A DNA stretch of 64,000 bases from Macrostomum lignano (taxonomy: Eukaryota): the NCBI GenBank assembly GCA_002269645.1, contig NIVC01001342.1, forward strand, positions 1 to 64,000, written 5' to 3'. The translations under genes were made by a program, and so were the position numbers. Under the pieces are notes generated by a model. It searched no databases. It was not told where the DNA came from and worked only from the letters and a program-made list of their open reading frames with translations. Positions 1 to 11,289 of the stretch are shown piece by piece. Position 1 is the first letter of the stretch; each line of letters starts with the position of its first letter.

Positions 1-3000
1 TGCCGGCCGGCCCGCGGTTTTCCTGCTGCGAGCCTGGCGAGTCGGCTGGGCGGCGGCGGAGCCGTCCGGCTGCTGCGGCAGCCAGCACCGCTGGCTTGCC
101 GAGGTTTTCGGCGATGAACTCGAAGGAGGCGCTGCTGGCCAGGACAACCACGGCGGGCCAGCCAGCCGGAGCTGCTGCTGTGCCACTCGGAGGAGTTTCG
201 GATAGCCAGGGAGGCCGTCTGGCAGCTGGTGCTGGGCATGGGGAACCAGGTGAGCTGTGCTGGGGCATGGGGGGATGGGGACCAGTGAGCTGGTGCTGGG
301 CACTGGAAGCCAGCAGTGAGCTGGTGCTGGGCACTGGAAGCCAGCAGTGAGCTGGTGCTGGGCACTGGAAGCTAGCAGGTGAGCTGGTGCTGGGCACTGG
401 AAGCTAGCAGGTGAGCTGGTGCTGGCACTGGAAGCCAGCAGTGAGCTGGTGCTGGGCACTGGAAGCCAGCAGTGAGCTGATGCTGGGCACTGGAAACCAG
501 CAGGGGAGCTGGTGCTGGGCACTGGAAGCCAGCAGGGGAGCTGGTGCTGGGCACTGGAAGCCAGCAGTGAGCTGGTGCTGGGCACTGGAAGCCAGCAGTG
601 AGCTGGTGCTGGGCACTGGAAGCCAGCAGGTGAGCTGGTGCTGGGCACTGGAAAACCAGCAGGGGAGCTGGTGCTGGCACTGGAAGCCAGCAGGGGAGCT
701 GGTGCTGGGCACTGGAAGCCAGCAGTGAGCTGGTGCTGGGCACTGGAAGCCAGCAGGTGAGCTGGTGCTGTGCACTGGAAGCCAGCAGGTAAGACAATAA
801 TTTTAAAACTTGCCACACGCATTTCAGCAGTTCAGCTGCAATCAGCGCATGCAGAGTCTGGCAGCTGCATCGGTTGTCCACCAGCTGCAGGCCATGGAGC
901 CGCGGCCCGCCAGTCTGGAGACGTGGAGCCGCAGATTTTCGTGTCGCAGCTGCTGCCCGATGCCCTGAGCTCTCAGGTGAGTTGAGCAAAGCCTTTAAGC
1001 AATCTTTGACTTGCTGAATTAGAATTCTCCAAGAATCCTGCATTGTCAAACCCTCCATCAATGATGCAGCTCGGCCGGCAGCTGCTGGAGCTGCTGGAGC
1101 TTCAGGTGCCCGGCCAGCGTCCGGAAGTTCAGCACCAGCTGCGCTCGCTGCTGCTGCACGCCGCGTACCTGGCAGCCGTCGCCCAGCCCGGCCGGTCCAG
1201 CCTCCTGGACTTCTTTCGGCAGCTTCCGGCTAAGGCGAGCAGCTGGTTCCTGCCCGGCATGCCGCACGACTTGATGTTCGAGGCTGTGCAGGCCATTCGG
1301 GCGCGTCCGGCTGAGGGCGAGAACCCACGCTTTACCGTGAGTTCAGGCGCGGTACAGCTCCTGTGCAATCAAAGCTCTGTAATTTAGAGAACTAACGAAA
1401 CCCGCCTCTCATTCCTTGATTTGCAGTGTGCCCAAGAGGACATCCGTATATCATCACTGAGGTGAGCTCTCGTGGGGGAGAGGGCAGCGGTGACTCACCC
1501 GGTTTGGTGATGTGCAGTGGCGTCGCCAACGGGGGGGACAGGGGGGACATGTCCCCTCCAGTAAAAGATCTGGGGGGGGGACATGCCAATGCTTTGTCCC
1601 CCCACCCCCACCTTGTGGCCCGTTGTGAAAATCAATAATTTTCGCTGCATGGCGACAAATTAGCGCCTGCGGCGCTAAAATGAGTGCCTGTGGCGCTAAA
1701 ATGAGTGCCTGTGGCGCTAAAATGAGTGCCTGCGGCGCTAAAATGAGTGCCTGCGGCGCTTAAATGAGTACATGCAGCGCTAAAATGAGTGCCTGCGGCG
1801 CTAAAATGAGTGCCTGCGGCGCTAAAATGAGTGCATGCAGCGCTAAAATGAGTGCCTGTGGCGCTAAAATGAGTGCCTGTGGCGCTAAAATGAGTGCCTG
1901 CGGCGCTAAAATGAGTGCCTGCGGCGCTAAAATGAGTGCATGCAGCGCTAAAATGGGTGCTGAAAACACCGATTCTGAAAATAATGTACATGTATGAATT
2001 TCGTCGTTTACATGTACATGTAGAATTCTTGGCTTTTGTCCCCCCCCACCATAAAATCCATGGCGACGCGCCTGGTGATGTGAACTGAAGTCGACTGGGA
2101 CTTGTGCAATCTTTGCTCATGAGGGCTCGCTCTCAAGGCGCAGTGTGTCTTTGTATTTGCTCATGACTGATGAGGGCCAGTCCTCAAGGCGCAGTGTGTC
2201 TTTGTCTTGCTCATGAGGGCCAGTCCTCAAGGCGCAGTGTGTCTTTGTCTTGCTCATGAGGGCCAGTCCTCAAGCTTTGTCTTGCTCATGAGGGCCAGTC
2301 CTCAAGGCGCAGTGTGTCTTTGTCTTGCTCATAAGGCTCATGTGTCTTGCTCCAATTGCTCACCCTCTCCGCACACCCCAGTGCGGTCGCCCTTGGACTC
2401 GGGGCCGCTGCAACGTGTGCCAGCAGCAAATCGGCGGCGCCGGGCACGATGCAGACCCGGGCAACCAGGTGCAGCTGGACAGGCCCGACCAGAGCCAGCG
2501 CGGCTTCCTTGAAGATCCCAGCGACAGAGGCGGGTGGCGCAGCTTGCCTGCCGGCTGTGTGGCGGCTTTGAGGCTCCTGCAGGTGAGCCGCTGGAGCATC
2601 AATCTGACTGGTTTCACTGCTGACCGAATTTGACCTCCTGACCCAATTCAACCCTGACCCAACTCAACCCTGACCCAATCAACCCTGACCCAATTCAACC
2701 CTGACCCAACTCAACTCTGAACCAACTCAACTCTGACCCAACTCAACTCTGACCCAACTCAACTCTGACCCAATTCAACCCTGACCAAACTCAACCCTGA
2801 CCCAATTTAACTCTGACCCAATTCAACCTGACCCAATTCAACCCTGACCAAACTCAACCCTGACCCAACTCAACTCTGACCCAACTCAACCTTGACCCAA
2901 TTCAACTCTGACCCAAATCAACCCTGACCCAATTCAACTCTGACCCAAATCAACCCTGACCCAATTCAACTCTGACCCAACTCAACACTGACCCAACCCA

Positions 3001-5545
3001 ACCCTGACCACTCGCCACTCGCCGCAGGGTCTGTTCCTGATTTCTTCGACTGCCTATCGCGGCTCGTCCAATCCGGAGCAGCTCGGCAGGGACCTGGTGC
3101 GCCTGGCCAGGCAGCTTGGCCGCAGCACGGAGGCGGCCAGCCAGCTGGTGCACATCCTGCTGGCCCGCCTGGCCACCCACACTGACGGCGGCGACGACTG
3201 GCGGGATCTTGGCGAACAGGCGGGCAGGCAGCGGTTGGAGCAGCGGCTGATGAGCTCCCATGTGATGATGCAGGTAAGCAGCTAGTTTGATGATGCAGAT
3301 GAGCAGCTGGTGTGATGATGCAGATGAGCTCCGATGTAATGATGCAGGTGAGCAGCTGGTGTGATGATGCAGGCGAGCAGCTGGTGTGATGATGCAGATG
3401 AGCAGCTGGTGTGATGATGCAGATGAGCTCCGATGTAATGATGCAGGTGAGCAGCTGGTGTGATGATGCAGATGAGCAGCTGGTGTGATGATGCAGATGA
3501 GCTCCGATGTAATGATGCAGGTGAGCAGCTGGTGTGATGATGCAGGCGAGCAGCTGGTTTGATGATGCAGATGAGCAGCTGGTGTGATGATGCAGATGAG
3601 CAGCTGGTGTGATGATGCAGGCGAGCAGCTGGTTTGATGATGCAGATGAGCAGCTGGTGTGATGATGCAGGTGAGCAGCTGGTGTGATGATGCAGATGAG
3701 CAGCTGGTGTGATGATGCAGATGAGCAGCTGGTGTGATGATGCAGGTGAGCAGCTGGTGTGATGATGCAGATGAGCAGCTGGTGTGATGATGCAGGTGAG
3801 CAGCTGGTTTGATGATGCAGGTGAGCAGCTGGTGTGATGATGCAGATGAGCAGCTGGTGTGATGATGCAGGTGAGCAGCTGGTGTGATGATGCAGGTGAC
3901 ACCTGGTCTTCAGAGGGGGTGCTCCAATGTGATGCAGCCACCGTATCTGTACACTCTCAACGCTCACTTATTCTCCAGGGCCAACTCGAGACCGAGGCTG
4001 AGGCGCCGCTGGCTGAGGCCACCCGCCTCCTGGCCGCCGACAGCGTCGGGGTGGTCAACAGCCTGCTGTCCGTTGCTTGCGGGCCGCTACGAGGACTGCG
4101 GGTTGTGGAGCTGGCGGGAGCCGCTGACCGTGGCGCGGGCGGCCGCCCAGTGCCCCGAAGGCGGGCTGGTACGGGCGGCACAGGAGGCGGACCGCGCGCT
4201 GCTCCACCTGCCCCGCCTGCCCGGCCTCGTGCGACTCTCTGAGCAGCTGGCCGCCGACCCTGACGTGGTCGCCGATGCCGTCAAGATGGACCAGCGGAAG
4301 CGGCAGTCTGCTGGCGGCCGGCTCCAGCCGCACCAGCCGCTGTTCCTGACGCGGCTGGCCAAGCAGCGGCCGGAGATGGCCGAGCAAATCAGCCACCTGC
4401 AGGCCGCCTGGCACGACCTCCGCCCGCTGCTGCTGTCTGAGCTAGACGGCCTTGACCCGCGACTGGCGGAGACCCCCGACAGGCAGCTGCCGGCCTGGGC
4501 GGCCCTGCCGCGGCCCGGTGGCCTCCTGCAGGGCCTCCTGCGCATCCTGTGCGACGCGCAGAACCGCCTGCTCGAGGCCTGCCAAGACCTCCTGCCGGAT
4601 TCCGCCGCTGACGCCGCGGTCTTCGCCGTCGATGCCGGGCCGGGAGACGTGGCCGACCTGCAGCTCGAGCGCGACCTGCCGCCGCTCATCCTGCGCTGCC
4701 GCTCCTACGCCCTCAGTGGCGGCGCCGGCGGCAGCGTCATCGATGCAAAGCTGGACGTCTCAGCGCTGGAGCGGCTGCTGGCCGACAGTCGCCTGCGCTC
4801 GCTGCCCCGCCTGCGCCCCGGCCTGGGCCGCCTCTCCACCTCCGCGACCGGTCCGGGCAGCGGCGGCTCCGTCGGCGCCCTGATGCTCCGGCTGCTGGCC
4901 ACCCCGGAGGAGGATGCGGCCACCGACGAGCAGCGCCGTCTGCTTGCCCGCTGGGCCGAACCCGACAGCGGCCAACTGCCGGCAGACCTGCCGTCGCTGA
5001 CCCGCCTGGCCGAGCAGCAGCTGCCGGCCGCGGCCCGCCTGGCCGCTGCTGGAGGCCGCGAGCCGTTGCGCCGCCAGCTGGAGGCCGCCCTGCCCGCCGA
5101 CGAGTCGCTGCTTGCCGCCGCTGCCGCCTCCCCGGCTGGGCTGGCGCGCCTTTGGCTGGCAGCGGACCTGCGCCGCTGGGTCGGCTTGGCTGATGAGGGC
5201 CTGCGCCCGTTCGACGAGTTCCCGGGCGCCCCGGCTGCCGCTGTCGCCGAAGACTCGGCCGCCGCGCCGGCACTGAAGCTCGGCGAGGCGTTCAAGCAGC
5301 GTCGGCAGCCGCTGATACGGGCGCTGCACCAGCTGGTGGCGCTGTGGCTGTCCGCTGGCGACTCCGAGTCCCAGCTGCTTGACCTGCCGCTTGCTGAGGT
5401 CGCCGACTATCTGGAGCCGCCGCCGCCCCAGCCGCTGAAGGAGGCCATCGGCGTGCTGGGCGAGGCCTTCGCCAACCGCCCGGATCTGCTGTGCAGGCAG
5501 GCCGGCCTGGTGTGGCAGGCGCTGTGCCTGGAGGTCTGGGCCTGA
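1..5545 (+). CDS. RNF213: RNF213/mysterin-like E3 ubiquitin ligase, C-terminal part including RZ-type zinc finger (5'-partial, spliced, with apparent 1-nt frame breaks)
   Basis: Exons from GT/AG junctions: <1-249, ~828-976, 1070-1336, 1427-1461, 2382-2582, 3028-3273, 3979-5545 (TGA). Translation gives FLPGMPHD...CPRGHPYIITE|CGRPWTRGRCNVCQQQIGGAGH...DQSQRGFL...RSLPAGCVAALRLLQ...LVRLARQLGRS...LWSWREPLTV...ALLHLPRLPGLVRL. This is collinear with the RNF213 C-terminus as recalled (FLPTMPED, CPNGHPCSVGECGRPMEQSICIDCHAPIGG, IWSCRKRITV, LVKFLPEIL). The frame must be switched near 30-170, ~930, 1336/1427 and ~4066. Confidence 0.85.
250..790 (+). repeat. Intronic minisatellite, 31-32 bp unit GTGAGCTGGTGCTGGGCACTGGAAGCCAGCA(G)
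   Basis: About 16 tandem copies beginning exactly at the donor GT at 250 and ending at CAGGTAAG (786-793). Confidence 0.95.
1515..2074. mobile_element. Non-autonomous hAT-type DNA transposon (560 bp) in RNF213 intron
   Basis: Imperfect TIRs CAGTGGCGTCGCCA (1515) and TGGCGACGCGCCTG (ending 2074). Perfect 8-bp TSD GTGATGTG at 1507-1514 and 2075-2082; 8-bp TSDs with CAG.. termini are typical of hAT. Confidence 0.85.
1665..1960 (+). repeat. 21-bp minisatellite GCGCTAAAATGAGTGCCTGCG inside the hAT element
   Basis: About 14 tandem copies; explains spurious ORFs 1632-2120, 1760-1969 and 1764-1997. Confidence 0.95.
2110..2345 (+). repeat. 43-bp minisatellite TCTTTGTCTTGCTCATGAGGGCCAGTCCTCAAGGCGCAGTGTG
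   Basis: About 5 copies, some truncated, ending just before the branch point/acceptor of the exon at 2382. Confidence 0.9.
2637..3008 (+). repeat. 16-bp minisatellite CTGACCCAA(C/T)TCAAC(C/T)
   Basis: About 23 copies filling most of intron 2583-3027; the last CTGAC lies about 19 nt before the acceptor AG. Confidence 0.95.
3262..3898 (+). repeat. ~24-bp minisatellite GTGATGATGCAG(G/A)TGAGCAGCTGGT
   Basis: About 25 copies; the first copy straddles the exon end/donor (GTGATGATGCAG|GTAAGCAGCTAG, donor at 3274). Confidence 0.95.
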
Positions 5546-7450
5546 GCTGCTCGCTAATTGAACTGGATTTCTGTTCTACCGAAGACTGTGGATTTTTTGT
5601 ACTGATTCTGGCGCACCCGGATCCCCGTGGTGAAGGCGGACTGTTGAACTAATATTTCATAGCGCCATCGTTTTCATTCCCCAAGCCCGCCTCTGCCGAA
5701 ACTAAAAATGGTAGGAAAAAATTCCCCAAAAATATACCGCTGATGAGCATTGCTCAGCAGTTGGCGCCCCCAACAGTTCGTGACAGCTGGACTGTGTATC
5801 CACGCGCACTTGTCGGGGCAGCTGATAGCCCGTTCTTACAGTTCTCATAGCAAATGCTGGGAATAGTGCTAGCAAATCCTATAGGCAGGACGCCAGACTT
5901 CAGACTTACTTCAGTTCGTGCAGAGTCGGCCCGGGATGCCGCTGGTTTGCTAAGTTGATTGCATGCACATTTATACGTCTTTTGATCTGATCTGCTTTCA
6001 AACATTTTAATATATTTTTTTTTGAAAAAATTGTCTGATTAAAAACTTTGCGTAAGCCCGCCCGTTAGCGATCCGCTTTCATGCAAAACTCTAACACACA
6101 AGCTTTACATTTTCTTAACTTGCCTACAATACAGTAGCTTTGTTGATTGGCTCTTTTACATTATCACTTACGATTACATTGATTGCGGCCATCTGTTCTG
6201 CTGACTTGGTTATTTGACTTTAACTAAGCCTGAGAAGTTTTGCACTTTAGCTTTTTAAGCTGCATGCTGTACCAACTAAAGCAATGGCAAAGAAATGCTG
6301 CGGCATCCAGGCATATCAGGTGAGTAACCAGTATTGGGTTAAGATTTTATTAACCCAGATTGCATCAGCACTATACTGCATTGTGGGACGTTATTCATGA
6401 AGTGCATGCGGTTTTCCTCCTGAGAATATTTATTTATGTGCGAAATCCACTCCTACGAGTATAATGCTTATAATCAACTTATAGGTCGCGCGTAGTTGCA
6501 TGCTCACCATGAACGAACGCAATGTACATGTACATAACACGTACACGATCCTGACTTTTATAAGCGGATCCTTAGACTCCTTCAAGACTCATGTACCTGA
6601 ACTTGACTATACCTTGATGGCATACATAGCCACATTTAGTGTTAAAATTTAGGAATTTTTGCGCTTGACTCTTCAGACTTTCTACTACGCTCGTAGTTTC
6701 GTATGTGACGGGGGACTTGTGGAAAACTTCAGTTTTACTATCATTTTTACTATCAGTAGACTACTACGTAAGTTGTATCATATTTTGTATGAATTCTGTG
6801 TACGAGTACATTCATTGAATCGGCTTTTATATGTCGGCAAGTGATGAATTTTTAACAAATCAATAGTTTGCCCAGCGCCCATCGTAACTCTCAGCCAATT
6901 ACAATTCGCTGTATCATCTATCGTTTTATATTACTATTCGTTTTTCGTCGCTACTCAAAAAAATAAAAAAAACTTGGCCAACTAAGCAAGCAAAATATAT
7001 AAATTCAATTGAATATTGGACTGCGCTATACTTGCATTTTTCTTCGGTCTTGTTCGGTCTTGTTCTGCCAAGGACTGCCAGATTAAATTCGTCACACGTA
7101 GCACGGGACCCATTTACGAATTTACGAAATTTTGAACATTTTAAGGTAAAACAAAACTATGTTCAGTTTTCGACTAATTCTTGAGAGTCTTATAAAAATG
7201 GTATCGTAATTTTTAGCTATAAAATAAATAAAAACAATCAAAAGAATTTTTTGTTTACGACGCAAAGTTTCTATAAAAATTTAAATACATTTTTCACGAT
7301 TTTCTTTAAACGATTTTTCTTTAAAATCTGTTGGTCAAGTCAGTTAACTTGATTGGTACTTATTAGGCTATTATATCGTTAAAAGCTTCAAGGAACGAAT
7401 CAAGTTTGCACTACTAAAGTAAAACTAGAATAAAATAAATTCCAGGTAAA

Positions 7451-7540
7451 ATGCCACTCTACGGACATCGCTTCTTTATGCAACATGATTTCGAGGCCCC
7501 TGTTGATACAGCCAGTACTAAGCTGGGTTCCACAGCTGAT
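7451..7540 (+). CDS. Candidate first coding exon of COX6B (MPLYGHRFFMQHDFEAPVDTASTKLGSTAD)
   Basis: Preceded by TCCAG acceptor (7445). ATG at 7451, 30 open codons, then GTAAGT donor at 7541 in phase 0, compatible with the phase-0 acceptor at 11053. Not recognisable by homology. Confidence 0.4.
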
Positions 7541-9796
7541 GTAAGTTAATTTTACCCTCAGCATACTTATAAAGTCTAGCTAACAAAGCTCACTAACAAA
7601 TTCAAAAAATTAGATTTTTGTTTATAGTAATCTACTAAATTGGTTTGAAATAACTATTAGCTAGGCTAGTTTAATTTAGCTTAAGTGCAGTGTCTCCTAG
7701 GCCTAAATACATAATTTATAACTATCATATTTTTCATAGGTCATTTTAAGCTATTTTGGCGATCTTTCGGTTTCCTGCCTTAAATTATTTTAATGTGATA
7801 TTATATTAGTTTAATGGCAATTCTAAAATGATTCTAAAATGATCCATCCTGATTCTGAAGCAAATGATTACAATTCTGAAGTGAATGGTTTTGATTGATT
7901 TTTTGATTTTTGATTTTTGATTTTTTGATCGATTTGATTGGTTTTTGTTTTGAAGTGAATGGAAGTGAATAAACCCAATCCTAAGTGAATGTTCCTAACC
8001 ATGAAGTGAATTTTCCCAATCCTGAAGTGAATGATCCCAATTCTAAAGCAAATGATTTTGATTTTGATTAGCCACTGCTATCTACAACTAACTGACTGAC
8101 AACTTGCAACTAACTGACTTAGTGACTAGGCATAGGTAATGGCTAGTTCCGGCACCGGAACCTGTTTTCTAATGGCTATGTATCTGGCAGTCTTCTGCCA
8201 CAGTCAGGAAGATGGTAGATTTCAGGCAAAATTGCGGTGCACACAGAGGATTTTTTGGTGCACACAGTGCAAATGGTGTAGAAGAAAATTTGATATATGC
8301 CGTGTGTGCCATAGAATGCACAAAGTGTTTTACCTAGCGCAGTCTATACTCCATAGTCTGGATCATGCTGGACTTATGCCGGAGGAAAAATCCAACATTT
8401 TTTGGCACTTATGCCAGACTTATGCCAACCAAAAAAAGGTCCCTCTGACTTACGCCACCCAAAAAAGGTCCCTCACAATTCTTGTGAATAGAATAGAATA
8501 GAATAGAAGATTTACAATTAATCGGTGATTCATTAAATTCAGAAGTTGCAACTGTTTAAAAATCTCACAAGTTGCAAATTCTGAATCAAGAATCAAGGTA
8601 AGCATCTTGAAGCTAAAAAAACTTTTGCTATCCTACAATAGATATTCTGCTATTTTATTCATACGAACTGCAATATTTTAATGAACTTTGTTTTAATGCT
8701 GCTCTTTAACATCATAATTAACGCAAATGTGTAATGTTCTATAGTGATACATTTGATCGTAAATGATCTCATTTGTGCCAACATTTATGCCACTTGATTT
8801 ATGCCATGTACTTACACCAAGCACTTACACCAAGGCACATTTTGGCCTATACTTATGCCAAGCACTTACACCAGCCTCCGATCCCAAACCAGATTTATGC
8901 GGGAGATCTCCGGCGTAAACGACATGATCCGGACTATGGTCTATACTGTATTAACTTCTTAGTTCACATGTAAAACATAAAATACAATGACAAAATTGCT
9001 TTTTAAAATTTAAAATGGCACAAAAAGGTTTTTTAAATTATGGTAACAGTATATGTATACCTAAAAAAATATTATAACAATCATTGTTTTTTTAAACTAA
9101 AAGCAAAAAATTAAAATATGTGTAAAATTATATACCTAAACACATAAATTTTTTGGTGCATGACACATAGTTAAAAATTACAAAGGATTTGTTGCGGCGC
9201 ACACAGCGCACCTTCCTGACCATGGGTCTTTTGCAGGCAATTATCTACTAATAAAGTCTTTGAACATTAGAAGTATCTTGTTTTGAATTTCATTTTTTTG
9301 TTTTGATCTTATCTTGAACTAAATCCCAATATCAACAACCCAGTAAAAAAGTAAAATGTTTTTGCTATATTATACCTATAAATTGCACTACCAGAATACC
9401 ACTACCAGAATCAGCCGTATCCATAGCCATTAGAAAATGGGTTCTGGTGCTAGAGCTCTAGCCATTGCCCTAGGCCTAACTAAATAGCTTCCTATATTAA
9501 TCTTTCATGTTTTTGTTATAATCACATCTGTTGTACCATTCAAACTCATTTTTAATATTATATCATGTTAAAATAATTTAGCACGAAATTGAAAGATTGC
9601 CATTATTTTTAGCAACAAAAATCATTTTAGAAAAAGTTATTTTTGATAGCAGGATTTAAAAATTTGGTAAAAGTAATTTTCTTTTTAAATAGTCTTAATT
9701 AATATAAATAAAATATTTAGGGAATTATAATGTTTATCAGTGCTGCCACAGCTGCAAAAATTTAAATTTTCTATGCTAATCAAACTTTTAGATTGT

Positions 9797-10175
9797 TGAC
9801 AATCTGATGTAGCTTATTGTCCAGAAAGTGGCCTTTATGCCTGAAAATTCTAGCATATTTTTGCTCTCACTGACAATCTGATGTAGCTTATTGTCCAGAA
9901 AGTGGCCTTCATGCCTGAAAATTCTAGCATATTTTTGCTCTCACTGACAATCTGATGTAGCTTATTGTCCAGAAAGTGGCCTTCATGCCTGAAAATTCTA
10001 GCATATTTTTGCTCTCACTGACAATCTGATGTAGCTTATTGTCCAGAAAGTGGCCTTTATGCCTGAAAATTCTAGCATATTTTTGCTCTCACTGACAATC
10101 TGATGTAGCTTATTGTCCAGAAAGTGGCCTTTATGCCTGAAAATTCTAGCATATTTTTGCTCTCACTGACAATCT
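9797..10175 (+). repeat. 74-bp tandem repeat (5 full copies plus a partial)
   Basis: TGACAATCTGATGTAGC... starts at 9797, 9871, 9945, 10019, 10093 and 10167 (exact 74-bp period). Confidence 0.95.
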
Positions 10176-11052
10176 TGGTATACACTTGGCATATAGAATT
10201 TTTAGGTTCAACATGAAGTATACACAGTTGGCATATAAAAAAATCCAAGTTTAGGGATAACATATTCATATAGTTCAATATAAAAAACAAAAGCTCTCTT
10301 AAGAATAATTATAAGCTAAAATAAAAAATATTAGTGTAATTTACAAGAAAGACAGAATTAAAACAAAGAATATCCATTTTTTTGCAAAGAACAGCCATTT
10401 TAAAGTTTAGTAAAACTTTACTAATTCTAATAATATATATTCTTTTGAAAAATTGGCTAACAAGCAACTCTGAGCTTGGCAAAAAAGTTGTTACATTTTA
10501 CGATGGCACAAAATTGAAAGAACATGATTCAATAATTATATGCATAGCTAGTATAGCTAAGGTATAGCTACATAATTAAATACTTATTTTATATGAAAAG
10601 TATAAAACTAAAATGAAGAAGCAGTGAATTGGGCATATAGTTATAGCCAACTGTTTTTTAATGATATATTGCTAATAAATAGATGCATTCAATTAAAAAG
10701 ATATTGTAAAATTCAAGTTAGTCAACTAGCTAGCTTTAAACTATAATTGCTGCATGATATAGCTAGTAACTAAAAGTATCTGCTTCCAATACAAAGCTAT
10801 CACCATTTTAAAGTGAAAAAAGTGAAAAGTTCCTATCTCGCTAGTGCATTTTTCCGTGAAAATCAGCCTTTAATAAATTTTCCAAGAAACGAAGTGTCCC
10901 GTCCTTCTTCTTCTAGTGCTCCTTGGTATATATTTGATTCGATCTAATCAGTAAAACTATTTATGCCAATATTTATCGCTAAGCAACGGCACCTGCCCTA
11001 AATTCTTAGCCAATCAAAACTCAGCAGACTGCACCCTCCCCCAAATTCGCAG

Positions 11053-11289
11053 CCAATCACCGGCAAGCTGACCGCCCCGCCCTACGACCCGCGCTTTCCC
11101 AACATGAACAAGACGCGGATGTGCTGGCAAAACTTCGTGGACTACCACCGTTGCGTGAACAAGTTCGGCGAGGAGCACAAGCCGTGCGCCTGGTTCCAGT
11201 GGGTGTACAAGAAGATCTGCCCGAATGAGTGGCACGAGCGCTGGCAGGAGCGGGTGGACGACGACGCCTTTGCTGGCCGGCTGAAGTGA
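11053..11289 (+). CDS. COX6B: Cytochrome c oxidase subunit 6B, main coding exon
   Basis: After acceptor TTCGCAG (11052): PITGKLTAPPYDPRFPNMNKTRMCWQNFVDYHRCVNKFGEEHKPCAWFQWVYKKICPNEWHERWQERVDDDAFAGRLK*. Contains the APYDPRFPN motif, twin Cx9C-type Cys pattern and C-terminal F(A)G motif of COX6B. Confidence 0.92.
   Translation, partial: PITGKLTAPPYDPRFPNMNKTRMCWQNFVDYHRCVNKFGEEHKPCAWFQWVYKKICPNEWHERWQERVDDDAFAGRLK

Noticed and set aside
372-1061. ORFs 372-1061, 404-775, 411-728 and 2966-3967, 3282-3941
   Set aside because: Products of intronic minisatellites, mostly antisense to the RNF213 gene.
4055-5329. Several minus-strand ORFs over the last RNF213 exon (and similar ones over the GPCR, MRTO4, pol and POLQ, e.g. 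61137-62819)
   Set aside because: Antisense or alternative-frame shadows of GC-rich coding exons; no independent motifs.
8139-8973. ORFs 8139-8501 and 8773-8973 with recurring ACTTATGCC motifs
   Set aside because: No ATG-led conserved protein; the reiterated motif suggests TE subterminal sequence, but I could not define termini or a TSD.
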